Shown here piece by piece: positions 35,397 through 48,600 of a stretch of 64,000 nt of DNA. The first letter of the stretch is position 1, and each line of letters begins with the position of its first letter. A program made the position numbers and the translations under genes. The DNA is from Monocercomonoides exilis PA203. Taxonomy: Eukaryota > Protista > Preaxostyla. The stretch covers positions 1,860,001 to 1,924,000 of the forward strand of contig LSRY02000005.1 in the NCBI GenBank assembly GCA_001643675.2, written 5' to 3'. Below the pieces are notes generated by a model. The model was not told the DNA's origin, did no database searches, and was given only the letters and a program-made list of their open reading frames with translations.

Positions 35397-37055
35397 ATGA
35401 GTGTTGTGCAAAATAAAAAACAACAAGGATTAAAGAAAATTAGAAGTTTAATGAGATCCTTCCAATATCGACATATTGAAAGTTGATTAGAACGTGTTGC
35501 AACGATTATTTCTAATGGAGAAGCTCGGGTTGCTGATGCTGCGAACATGAAGGAATTTACTCGCTCGGCAATTGATAGAGCAGTTGCAGCAGTGGAAAAA
35601 GGAAGAAAAGCAGGACAGAATGGAAGACCAGAATTATTCAACAAGGAAGAAAAGGAAACTATTTTTGGTGTGCTAAAAATCGAATGTGAAAGTGGGACAA
35701 GTTACAATGCTGCACAAATGAGGAAATTAGTTTGTCACAATTTTAAATTTGTTGTTTTTATTTATTTTTTATATATTCAGATGAACACTGTTATAAATGA
35801 TAGGAAAAAAGACGATTTTGATGAAGAAGATGAAGAAGTGAACATTTCTAAAGCATATCCTTATCAATACACAAAAAGGAACCCCGATCTCAAAGTTTCT
35901 CATCCTCGAAATGTCGACATCCAAAGGCTCTCCGCATCAAATCAACAAACTCTTCTTCCATTTTTCACTCTTCCACAAAACCTTCATGATCAACATCATT
36001 ATTCTAACTCTCTTATCTTTAATATTGATGAATCTTCTCTCCGACTCTCTGATTCTTTCTCTTCTCTTGTTTTCCATCCTTCCGACATGCCTGCCGGTTT
36101 CTCCAAAACACCAATGAACATGCCGAATGCAACTCTTGTCGTTGCATCTGCAGCTGATGGCTACTCCCTAAAAAGCGTCGTTCTGTGGACTTGTCACAAA
36201 TTACCTGATGAACTGCGCCTTGTTCTGAGTTCGCAGTTGGATGTTTGGGGCGATAATGAAGGCTGGATGACTGAAACTCTATTCCTCAAATATGCTGAAG
36301 AAGTGTTGCTTCCAGGAATTACACAAAGAAGAGAAACTTTGAAGAAGAGTGATGAACGTTGCCTTCTCCTTCTTGATTCTCATTCTTCGAGAGCGCAGCC
36401 TGACTTGTGGAAGAAGTTCGCCGATTCTTCAACAGATGTGGTCACCTTCGTACCCCACACCACTCACATCGCACAGCCTTTGGATCGTGGAGTGTTTGCT
36501 GTGTTTAAAAAGACAATAAATGCTAATTATGAAGCTCCTTCTTCTTCTTCTGTTGTTTTGCGACGAGAAGCGCTTGCTGATGTGCTTCCACAAGCTTTAC
36601 AAACTTCTTTGTTGCCTTCTACAATCAAATCATCATTTGCGAAGAGCGGAGAACTGTCACATCAGTGGCACGAAGTGTTAGCGAAGCTGCCAAAAGAACC
36701 TTCTGTAACTCTGAAGAAAAGAACAAAAAGGTTTGATTATTTTGGAAAATTAATTACCGATGAAGAATTCTTAATAGAATGGAAAAAAGAAAAGGATGAA
36801 AGAAAAGAGTCAAAAAATGAAGAAAAAGATAATGAAGAAATTGAAAAGGCTTTGTTTGAAGATGAAAAACCGAAAAAAAGAAAATTCAACCCATTGAAAA
36901 TTTTTAATGATGATTTTTCTGATGATGAAAAAAAAGAAAGAAATACTCGAAAATTTGTCAAACGAAAGCTTGTAGATTATATTTTAGACCTGTGCGACAA
37001 GTGGCAAATTTTGTCATCAAGTGACACAGGTGACCGACAAAAAAATTTTTTCTGA
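35397..37055 (+). pseudogene. pogo/Fot1-like (DDE_1, DD35D) transposase with premature stop, an intron and a MITE insertion at the 3' end
   Basis: ATG at 35397; in-frame TGA at 35484-35486; intron 35730-35780. Motifs IFNIDES, AADG, GWMT, LLLLDSHSSR-(35 aa)-QPLD, VFAVFK. Confidence 0.85.
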
Positions 37056-37319
37056 TCTTAACCATAAACATATTCAAAATATCTCATATGCGATTAAAAA
37101 TTTTATATTTTTCTCAAATATTAAATTAACTTTGTTTGTGATAATTGTTCACAGAATGTCTCATATTTCAACAATATTACGCATTTCCTGTAATAGAATA
37201 ACATTACATTTTTGTTTTTGAGAAAAAAACTGTTTGTATTGGATTTTTTTTTTTTTTTTTTTTTTATTTTTTGGTGACCGACAGAGTGAAAAAATTGCTT
37301 GTCGTGTCGCACAGGTCTA
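36985..37319. mobile_element. hAT-type non-autonomous element (MITE), 335 bp
   Basis: Perfect 15-bp TIR TAGACCTGTGCGACA / TGTCGCACAGGTCTA. Exact 8-bp TSD TTATATTT (36977-36984 and 37320-37327). Subterminal GGTGACCGACA motif at both ends. Confidence 0.92.
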
Positions 37320-37849
37320 TTATATTTATTATTAACATTTTTTAAAAAACGAAATCAATACACAATACACAAAAATAAATTTGATTATTTTTTATTCGGG
37401 TTTTCAAAAAAATATTCGGGTTAATAAATCACCCAATTTTGATATTATCACTCATTTATTCTTTTTTGGTTTCTGTGCATTTATAAAAATCTGACTTAGA
37501 GGAATGCAATTGTGAATAATTTTGACATTTTTTAAAAAAAATAACAAATACAATATTTTTTAAAAAAAAGCGATCATTTTGCACAAGTCAGATTTATTCA
37601 CAAAATTGATCAGAAACTTTCACAGACATAATAAAAACTCTAAAATAATATTTCGTTAGATTTCAAATTGTGCAAGGAAAAATAAGCATATTCATTCTCT
37701 TATTGCAAAAGTGGGAAATAAAAAGACGATTTGTGTGATTTTTATAATTTATTTTGATTTTCAATCATAATACACCTTTTTTTGCTATTTCTATACGTTT
37801 GTTGCAATTTCAAAGCAAATATAAAGAATATTTAAGTAACTCTAATAAC

Positions 37850-39594
37850 ATGCAAAAAACGAACATTGACAAATTTATTTCTTATGAAACAAATTCTTCA
37901 AAAGAATTTAACAACAGCTTATCAAGTTATTACAGTGATAGAGTGAAAATTCCATCAACTTCCGAAAGCTGCAAACGAAAAGGTTTCTTTATGAATCTTT
38001 AGCATAAATGTCTTATTAAAATTAGAAAGATTTTCTGCAGAAAAAGTATTAGACGAAAAAAAGATTTTGAGTTTATACCTTCATCCTGCACGCTCACCAG
38101 ATTTTGTAACAGCAAAACATTCATCAAAAAAAGCTGCACGCAAGAGATGCTCCTCAAGTCTCGCGGATAGAAGAAGTTCGTCTCGAGGAAGGAATTATCA
38201 TCTTCCATCACTAAGCCATTATGAAGATGAAGGATCTGAGCATTATTGTTCCTGTTCCACTTCTCAAAAAGTTCAAACATCTCTTCCTCCATCTTATGCA
38301 CATAATAGTGAATTGAATACAAAACGACGCAATTTTGTTGATGAAAGCCCAAAGTGTACAAAGAAAGCTGAAAGATTTTCAACCACAGATCAAAATTTTC
38401 ATGCCAATTTAGCTTCTAAAAAAATGAACGAAAGAAATGAAGATGCTGCTTTTGCAGTAGAAATGAAAGAAACCTGTTCGTATTTGGACTCGTTGAAAAA
38501 TGTTGGCATGAAAGATAATTTGAAGAATGCGTCAGATGAGAAGGAAAGTGAATATTTAAATGAAAAAGTGAGTGAAGAAAAATATCCAGATGAGAATTGC
38601 GACTCGAATTCAGACGACCAAAATCTGAAGGAAGGGAAGATGGTTCTTTCTGTCTATGATGAGCTTTTTGAAGCAAACTTTGAACCAGAAAGCTGGCTAT
38701 CTGCTGAGGTTAGCGATCCCGATGAAGATAAAGCACTAATGCCAGCGGATGATACAAAGGAATCCCTGTCTGCACTGATGAAAAAAGCAAACTTTGCAAA
38801 TGACGGGTTCAGCAGTTTCGAAGGAGATGAAGCCAAAAAGGACAGATATTCTGAGAATTGTGATGAAGACACGGAACAAATCTCATTCAAAATTAAAGAA
38901 TCTTCTTCATTAACTTCCTCTGGCAATGAGGCCGAACAAAATTATTTTCCAAGATCTCTTTTGCCTTCTTCGACTGATTCTATTCCCGCTTCCATGCCTT
39001 CGGGTGTTTCGCCTTTTCAAAGTGATTCGATGTTTCACCAATCAACAAAACAACCAGGCTTTTCATCTGCTCCTTGCACAGCTTTTCCTTCTTTCTGCAC
39101 TCCGTCATGCGACTCCTCCCTTTCCGAGTTTATTCCATCAGATGCTGGCTGCTCACCTTCTTTTCCCAAAAGAAGAGAACACTCAACTACCCGTCAAGTT
39201 GCCACAGCTCCGCTTCGCCGCAGTCGCTCGCCTGGGCAGCGGTCCAAGCGCCTCCAGGCAACACAGTCACGCCCATCTGTTTATTCATCAACTGCATCTT
39301 TTCCTCACCAGAGCTATTCTTCACGACGACGCTGCTTATCATCCGCTGAAGTACAGCACATTTGCTCGTTTGACAAGCCAAGTCGCTCTGCTTTCTCGCC
39401 TGATGATCCAAACAGAGTTAGATCTTCTCTTTCTTCTTCCTCATCTTCATTTGCTATGCGAAGCAGTTTTGCCAGTGGCAAAGGCGGAACACGTGACGAT
39501 AGCAGAAAGTTCGCTCGAGTTACCCGTTCGTTGCAGAGCTCGATGGATGGGACATTGAAAAGACAGTGCAGAGACGAACCGGGTTTGTTGTGAT

Positions 39595-39661
<67 letters not shown>

Positions 39662-41434
39662 GATTTATTTGATTTTATTTTGAATGTTATTGATGTTCTC
39701 TTTATGCGTTAACAAAATCCATGCTATTATAAAATATTATTCTCACTAAATATATTTAACTGAACATTAATGAATATGCATATATATGTTTATTTAGACT
39801 GGATGTATTCTGTTCGTGAAAGTGTGTGGAAGAATGCTCTGAGAAGAATCATTAGCAGATTGAATGAGACAGACTCGAAAGAGGAAGAGATGGAAGCACG
39901 ATTGCAAATTGTGAGAAGGAAAGAAGAAGAGGAAAAGAAGCTGGGAGCGCTTTTGGAGAAGGAGAAGAGGGCGAAAGAGGAAGAAGAGAGGAAGAGAAGA
40001 AGAAAAGTTATGATGCATCATCTGAAGTTGCAGCAGAAGAGAAGAATGGAAAGAGAGAAGAAAATAAAAGAGATGAAGGAGAAAGAAAAGAGGGAGATTG
40101 AAGAAAGACTGAAGAAGGAAGAAGAAGAGAGAAAAGAAATAGAAAGGCAGCAGGCTGCGAAGCAGAAAAGAGAGTGGAAACAGCGAGAATTAAATGAAGA
40201 AAGACATAGGCGCAGGATAGAAAGAGAAGAAGAGGAGAAGAAGAAGCAACAGCTGTTATTGGAACAGAAGAGAGAAAACGAAGCGTATGAAAAGTATGTG
40301 TGTGAAGATAAGCAGATTAGAAAAATGCTGGCTGAAAAAGCAAAGAGGGAGAAGAGATTGGAAATTGAAAGAGAAAAAAGAGAAAGAAGAAAGAGAGACG
40401 AGAAAGAGGAGAAGGAGAAAGAGGAAAAGAAGAGGCTGGCGAAAGAGAAAGAGTGGAGAGGAAGGGAATTCGAGCTGAAGATGCAACGGCAAGTTGAATT
40501 AAGTGAGAAGAAGAGGAAGAAGAAGAGGAAGAAAACTAATATGAGAAGTGATAATGAAGAAAATTTGCAAGCTTTGAAAACATCACAAAGGAAAACAAGA
40601 AGAATTAGAAAGGGAAAAATGGATGAAAATGTTATTAGAGAAGAATTGGATGCAAAATCAGGTGAAAGTGCCAATGGTGTTTGTGCAAACAAACAAGAAA
40701 TAGAGAAGAATGAAGAATCAGATAAAATGGAATGTTTTGAAGGGGACGATAGCATTAATTACTATGGAAGAGAACAACCAAAAGAAATTGCGCCTGCTGA
40801 TGTTTCAGAGGATGAATCTCAGAATTCAAAGTTCGATGCTCTTTTGTATGCTGTTGAAGAAGAAAGAAGCAAAGAAAGTGAAGGAAACTTGAAAGACAGA
40901 AAAGAGATGGAAGAAAAGGAAGAGATATGTTTTGTTGAACAAAAAGAACAGATTTTAGATGTTGAGATAGAAGAATGCAAGTCAAGAACAGAAAGTGAAG
41001 AATTTGACGAATGCTGTTGTGTGAATAACGAAGACAAAAGCAAAGAATATGAACATGAAAAAATAGATTCGGAGGAAAAGAAGGATGATGAAGGAGAAGA
41101 ATCTTTGATGTGCAAGCAAATAATTGAGGAAGTTGATGAGGAGCAAAGCGGAAAAGAAGAGGTGATTAGCAATTTTGATGAAAAAGAAGAAGGAAATATT
41201 GCCATGGCAAATGAAAAAGCAAATGACAAAACGGGAGAAGCAGAATTAGAAGACATTTCTGATTTTATTGTGCAACAGAAGATGATTGAGATTGGAGAAT
41301 ATGTAGAAGAAGAAGATGATGAAAAAGAAGAAGATGAAAAAGAAAAGAAGGAAGAAACAAGCAAGGAGATGTTTGAACAAAGAATTGAAGAGGAACAAAA
41401 AGAAGAACTGCCATTTGAAGATGATATGAGATAG
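37850..41434 (+). CDS. Hypothetical low-complexity protein (about 1100 aa) with long E/R/K charged helix
   Basis: Exons 37850-37982, 38041-39582, 39798-41434 joined by two phase-1 GT-AG introns. Ser-rich middle, ER/K tract at about 39880-40520, acidic tail. Confidence 0.7.
39597..39660. repeat. T64 homopolymer inside intron 39583-39797
   Basis: Direct count of the T run. Confidence 0.85.
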
Positions 41435-42651
41435 ACACAAAAACAAACTGGAAATTAATTGAATGACATTCGAAAGAACTGAGCTTGATTCACTGTCTCT
41501 GTATTGCCAGTCAGAAATGTTATGTTCTCTTCTCAATAAAGGCAAGCATGAGCTTATTTGATCGATCGTTATACCTTTTTATAACAAGTTATTGAGGATG
41601 ATTAAGCAATTTCTGAAAATGATAGTGAAAAAAATCATTGACTTCATCTTCGGATTTTCGAAAAAAATGAAAAACGAACAGCTTCATCTAAATAACAAAG
41701 AGAAGGAAAAACAGAACGGAAATGATTGGCAGGTTATCTTCTCATTATCTATTGGACAAATTCAATGAAACAATCTTCAATATAATTATTAATACTTAAA
41801 AAGATTTTGAAAGAAACTATTCCAAGATGAATGCGAGATTTCAGATCTCCAACAAAATAATACATGAATTTATTTATTTATTTACAACAACTTTACAATA
41901 TTACGAGTGTTTTTATGCATATCTATGTAGATATTGGTTGCTCCTCTACGATTTATATTTGCTTTTCTTTTTTTTTTTCAAATAACATATTTCAAATGTT
42001 TATGTATTTTGAATAAGTACTTTTTTTTTTTCATTTTTTTAAATGAAAAAGGTTCATATGCATCTATCTTTTCAATAAAAATGTTGATTTTTTCACGTGA
42101 AAAAATATTAATTAAAGGCTTCATTTATAATTATTATTTTTTCTTCTGAGAAATTTTTTTATTTAAAGTTGTATGTGTCTTTATTTTTTATTCACTTCAA
42201 AATTGCTTCATCATCATTTGAAATTGTGAAAGTTTATTTTCAAACCTTTCATTTTTAAACAACTTCATTTCAATTTCATTTGTTATCGCGAAATACCTGT
42301 AAATTTTTAATTCCAAAAAAAGAAAGAAAGAAAAGTTGATGGATAAATGAGGAAAATAAAACATAAAAATAATAGAGAGTCTGCATTGACAAATACAATG
42401 TGTATTGTTGATGCAGGAGTCATTTTTTTTAAATATCGTTTTCATTTTTTTATCATTGATTTATTAGAAAAGAATCTTTTGATGAATGATGAACGCTAAT
42501 AAAATATCATTTTTAATTGACAATCATAACTCTCCTTTTGTTTGACAATTATAGTACAGATTTTTCTCTTTAAAGAAAATTTCAATATCAAAACATAAAT
42601 GCCCCATTTTTTTTATTGTTCAAAGTGGCCAGCCATTAAGTTCAATATAAA

Positions 42652-45600
42652 ATGGCTAGATTGTCACCTTTGCAAAAAGAACAAATTACAAATGATGTAG
42701 GAATCGAGAATAAAAAAGTTGGGGATATCGTTTGCTTGGTAGAAAGCGATTTTATAGAAAGCTTCATGAATGATGAACCTATTGGACAAATCGACAATAC
42801 AAAACTTCAGGATACTACTCCAAATAAATTAAAGAAAGGTTTGAGCTATTAATATATATTTGATGTGAAATTATTGTTTTTTCTTTTTTGAAGATATTTT
42901 GCTGTGTCAGCATTTCAACGTGATTTCTGAAGCAAACTGGCAAAAACTTGTTGATGCATATGACGGAGGACCAAAGATCATGCGAAAAATTGTGGAGGTT
43001 AATGGTAAAAAAGTTGTTGACCTTTCAGGTCGCGATTATTCATTCAAATTTGTAAATGCTCCGGCTGATACAATGAAGGATGAAGAGCTTCAATACACAT
43101 TTCTTTTTCCGCCAAAATCTGTGTCATTTCCAATGAATTCTACCTTTAAAGATATGATAAGATTGATAATGAAAGAATTTAATTTAACTCAATCACATGC
43201 TTTGATTTTTTGGAGCTCCAATTCGCCATCTCACAAATTCAAATTCACGGATCTTGAGAGCTTTGAAAGATCAGCAAGTTACAGCGGAAGTGTTGACCTT
43301 ATGAAAGTCGAGCCATTCCAAACAGACGAGTTTATTGTTCGAATCAAGGATGTTTTTTCAGATGAAAACACAACAGCCTCAGCAGGAGTCAGCAGTTCTC
43401 CTTCAACCAGCTCAACTACCTCATCTACAGTGGCTCCTATGAGTGCACCATCAACTGCATCAGCTAATTCATCCAACAAAACAGCAACTTCAACAACTTC
43501 ATCATCTGCTCCTGGAAAACCCTCTTCAGGAGCATCATCAGACGCCAAAGGAAGCCAAAGCAGCAGCTCTTCTTCCTCCTCTGCGCCTGCTGTTTCATCC
43601 TCCTCCGTCACGCCCTATTCCTCCTGTCAAACATTTCCCCCAGCATCAGAGATTGCTGCCAAACCGTCGTGGCAGAAGCCCGAGCGCCCAGGTCTTGTGG
43701 GGCTGGACAACTTGGGCAACACGTGCTACATGAACAGCGCACTGCAGTGTCTGTCACACGCTGTTCCGCTGACAGCACGCATGCTGAACTACTCGTTCGC
43801 CTCAGAGCTGAATGTGGAGAACGTGCTCGGCTGCGAAGGGAAGATGGCAGCGAACTATGCAGAGCTCCTGCGGTGCCTGTGGAGAGGCACTGAAAAGAAG
43901 ATTAGGCCAATGAAAATCAAAACAGTGATTGGTCATTTTTCTCCACAGTTTGCGGGGTTTGCACAGCACGATGCACAGGAGTTGCTGTCGTTTATGTTGG
44001 ATGCTTTGGTATGTTATCGAGTCGGGTTCTTATTTTTCTTTATAGTGTGCAATGAATGATTGTTATGTCTGTATTTCAATGAATTTTCATTCATACACAT
44101 CCTTTTTTAAATTTGTCATTCTTTTCCTCGTTTTTATCATCTTTTTTTTTCTTTTCCTTTCTTTTTATTTCTCACTCACACAGCACGAAGACATGAACCG
44201 TGTGAAGAAGAAGCCGTATGTGGAGCAGAAAGAGGCAGTGAAGGACGATGCGACAGAAGCAGCCGAGGCGTGGGAGCGGCATCTGCAGCGCAACCAGTCG
44301 GCGATTGTGGATCTCTTCTGCGGCCAGCTGAAGTCGACGATCGACTGCCCTGTGTGCAAAAAGAGGAGCGTCACATTTGACCCTTGCAATGTGTTCAGCC
44401 TGCCCATCCCAGGCAACAATGGAAGGCTGGTGTCGGTGGTGTTTGTGCCGCTGCAGAGGCCGATGGGCGAGAGAAGAGGAGAGGAGGAGAAGGAGAAGGA
44501 GAAAGAGAAAATGAAGAGTGAGGCGGAAGAAGAGGGAGAAAACAAGTATTGGAGATTGTTTGAGGACGATAACATTGTTCCTGGAATGACAGAAGATTCA
44601 TCATCATCATCTTCTTCCTCTTCCTCTTCCTGCTCTTCCTGCTCTTCCTCATCCTCATCCCTATCCAATCCGCCTCTCCCTAACTACCCTTCCATCTGCC
44701 TCACACCAAACCCTTTCATCCAACGAGCCATCAGCCTCATTGTAGACGTGCCACACAACGGAAACTATCTGAGCCTGCTGACTGCGCTTTCACCGCTTGT
44801 AGATGTCCCTCCTTACCGCCTGATGGCGTGTGAGCAGTCGACTGGGAGTATTTCACGCTTCTTCTCGCCTTACGACCCGCTCGGCACGAGCTTCACGAAG
44901 CCTGTCATTGTGTATGAGGTGGAAGGGTACAACACGATGGAGAAGCCGTCAGTTTCTGGCTATAATTCTTCTCAGATGGCAGTTTCGTCGGCGTCGGGGC
45001 TGTGCCAGCTGTGGAAGGCGATGATCTGTAGAGGCGGAGGAGGAGGTGTAGGAGGAGGGGATGGGATGCAGTTTGACCCGTCTTTGGCGGTGGATCCGTT
45101 GATTGATGCGAGAATGAGAGAGGAAGATGCACAGATCAGGAAGATGATTGAGGAGGAGAAGAGGAAGAAGCAGGCGGAGGAGGAGAAAAAAAAGAAAGAG
45201 GAGGAAGAAAAAAAGAAAAAGGAGGAAGAAGAGAGGAAGAAGAAAGAGGAAGAAGAAAGGAAGAAGAAAGAAGAAGAAGATATTCGCTTAGGACTTCGGC
45301 CAGAAAAGACAGAAGAAGAAAAAGCGAAAGAAGAGGCCGAGCGGATCGAAAGAGAAGAGAGAGAGAAAGAAGCAGAGGAGAAAAGGAAGAAAGAGGATGA
45401 AGATGCGAAGGCAGCAGCAGAACTGGCTAAAGAACTGGAAGAGAAAGACAGGAAAGAACGGGAAGAGCAGCTGCGAAAGGAGAAAGAGGCGTTTGACTAC
45501 GAAAACGACCGGTATGTGCTGAAGACGGTGTCATGTACAGTTTCAATCATGGCGTCGTATTCACTTCCATACAACAGCCATCCAATCACTCCTCCTCTTC

Positions 45601-48600
45601 TGGTGGCGCTGCGGTTGAAGCACAATACTCTTGATGACTTACACGATAAAGTGTGGATTATGCATAGAAGGTTCATTGACCCGCTGCTGTATGCGTGTTG
45701 GAGAGAGAGGAGGGTGGAGGTGGAGAAGGAGGAGAGGGAAGGGAAGAATGTGGAGGTGGAGGAAGAAGTAGAGGTTGAAGAAGATGAAGAAGAAGAGAAG
45801 GAGAAGGAGGAGGAGGAGAAGGGAAAAGAAAATGTTGAAGGTTCTGAAGCAGATAAGAAAGATAAGGAATTAGCTGAGCATTCTTCTTCTTCCTCCTCTT
45901 CCTCTTCTGATAATTCATCAACAGATTTAGCAGAAGGAGCGAAATGCGAATGCGGATGTGATTGTGATTGTGAAGGTTATACTATCAATGATCAAACAGG
46001 AAGCACTTCTTCTGATAGCAGCATTCAGAATGAAACAAAAGCAGAAGAAAAGAAAGCAAACGAGGAATCTTCAGCATCCAATGATACTTCTGACACAAAT
46101 GCAACTGCAGATTCCGAACAGCCAAAGAAGAAGAAGAAGAAGACAATAAAGTTCACCTCTATGAAGAATCTTCCTTATTCTGAACCTCTTTTTGGTGAGG
46201 GTAATGCACATCTTGTTGCTCCGCATTCGATGGGGACGACTTTTGGCATCGAGCACACGCTTCCTGTTGAGCCGTGGTATTATTCGCAGAGGATGACGTG
46301 CTGGCAGCCGGAGAAGGTGAGGGGAGAGGAGAAGGAGAAGATGGAGAAGGAGAAGAGGGAAAGAGGAGGGAAAGAGGAAAGGAAGATGGAGGAGAAAGAG
46401 GAGAAGAAGGAGAAAAGAGCGATGGAAGTGATTAGAGAGGATACAAAAATGGTTGATGATGCAAAATGCAAAGAAGCAGAAAAGAGCAAAGAGAAGGAGA
46501 AGGAGAAAGAGAAAGAGAAAGAGAAAGAGGAGAAGAAAGAAGAAGAAGAGTTGTGTGATTTTAAGTGCCCCTGGCGATGGCAAGAGCAACTTGATAGCGA
46601 CAACACAAAAACTCTTATTGGTTCAGAATTGATTGAGAAAATAATACCTGATTATTCAAGAGGTATTGACAAGTCAGACAAAATGAACGAAGCAAAAGAA
46701 GAAGGAAAAGCAAGCGAATCTGATGCATCGTCTGCACAAACAGCGAAAGATGAAGAAAAGGAAGTGAGGAAGTTAATTAAGCAGCTTAAAAGTATGCTCA
46801 GTGATTATCCAGAAGAATCTAAGCTTCCGCTGGCTTATGGACCGCATCCACCTCCTCTTCCGCTTCTACTTGAATTGTGCAGAAAAGGAGCATTTGACGA
46901 GGAAGAACCAACTCAACAGAATTCTCAGAGTTCGTCTTCAATTAAAATGGAGGCTGACGTGAATGAGAAGGCAAATGATGACAAAAGCACTGAAAATGCA
47001 TCTCTGTCATCTCAATCGCAATCAAGTGACTCTTCCACATCAGACGCATCTGGCAAACTTTCCACTCACCTCCGTCCTCCGCTTCCCTCTCTGTCAGCAC
47101 TCACCGGCACTCTCACATCATTCTACCCTCTTCTCGAGCGCTGGCTCTTCTCTCTCCCTCCTCCGCCTCGTGCTCTCACTCCCTATCGCATTGTCTGTGA
47201 TCGTGTGGCGTTTGTGAAGGATCCTGTTGAAATTCCCAGGGGAGCTGAGGTGTGTGCTTCGAATGAGGCATTGGCACAGCAGGAAGGGTTGAGCATCTGC
47301 TGGCTGGCAAACACAGGCTACTGGGGCAAAGAGAGCACGTGTGTGGATTGCTTTAAAGCAGGCGATGTGGCAGAGCACGAGACGATGCAGCGGAGGAAGA
47401 AAGAAAGAGATGTGACAGCAGACAACAAAGTGAGTTTGATGGACTGCTTCAACCAGTTTGTGAAGGAGGAGCAGCTGTCAGAGGGAAATGAATGGTACTG
47501 CACACGATGCAAGGAACACAGGCTGGCGCTGAAGAAGCTGGATGTGTGGAGGCTTCCACCAGTAATGATTGTGCAGCTAAAGAGATTCACTTCGGCGAAT
47601 CAGAACGCTGCAATAAGCAGGTGTGTGTTAGCGTTGGAGATGGTGATGGCTGTGGTGCTTTTTGATTGATATTTGAAAGATTCTCATATTTTTTTTTATG
47701 TATTTTATGATATTTTATTTTTGAATATAAAAAATATTTAATTTTCTTTTCTTTTCTTTTTGATAATTCTTTTTTGTTTCTAATTTCCAATGTTTTTTCT
47801 TTATTTCTTTTTTTTTCAGCATAATTCCCTCTGTCTTCTCAATGGACGAGGCAGAGAGGCAGAAGATCGACATCAATGTAGATTATCCACTGGAAAATCT
47901 GAATCTTTCGAAGATTGAGCAGTGCGACCCAGCTATTGTGCAGACAATGATGGATCGAGTGAAGGCGAAGGAGAACGAAAGAGAGAAAGCAAGACAGGAG
48001 TTGTGGGAGACTGCAAAGGAGAAAGAGGAGAAAGAGGAAAAACAAGAAAAACCAGAAAACTCAAAAGAAGCTGAAAAGAAAGGAGAAGATGGAAAAGCCA
48101 AAGAAAGTGCTGACAAAGCAAAGGCTTCAGATGAAAAGGCTTCAGACGCTTCTTCGAAAGCAGGCTGTCAGCCAATCTATGATCTCTTTGGAGTGATTGT
48201 TCATTCAGGAACAGCTGGGGCCGGGCATTACACAGCATATGTGCTTGACCCTGCTTCTCCTCCGCCTGCTTCTTCTTCCTCTTCTTCTTCTAGTAATTCT
48301 TACTCATACAATTACTCCTCATCCACTTACTATTCCTCCTACAGCTACTACGGCACAAACGGGAAATGGTGTTCGTTCAATGATGGAATAGCCACGACAA
48401 CATATCCGTCTGTGGTGAAGACGAAGGACGCATACATCCTGTGCTACAAGCGGAGAGGGCTGGAGTGGAGCCAGAAGCTGATTGACGAGGCAGTAAAGGA
48501 AGCAGAGCGAGTAGAAGCGAAGTGGAAGATCCCAACACAGCCAGATTTGCCTGATCTGAAAGATTTGCCTGACTTACCAGTTGTATCTGATTTGCCTGAG

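Noticed and set aside
35484-35486. In-frame TGA as evidence of selenocysteine or a variant genetic code
   Set aside because: It is in a transposon copy, TGA/TAA/TAG all terminate real genes here, and multi-kb exons lack in-frame stops, so the standard code fits.
37470-37620. Imperfect inverted repeat (AAATCTGACTT / AAGTCAGATTT) as the pogo right TIR
   Set aside because: Short core, no matching left terminus or TSD found.
41435-41900. Possible extra exons after the charged-helix gene
   Set aside because: Stops in all frames and no convincing donor before TAG 41432.
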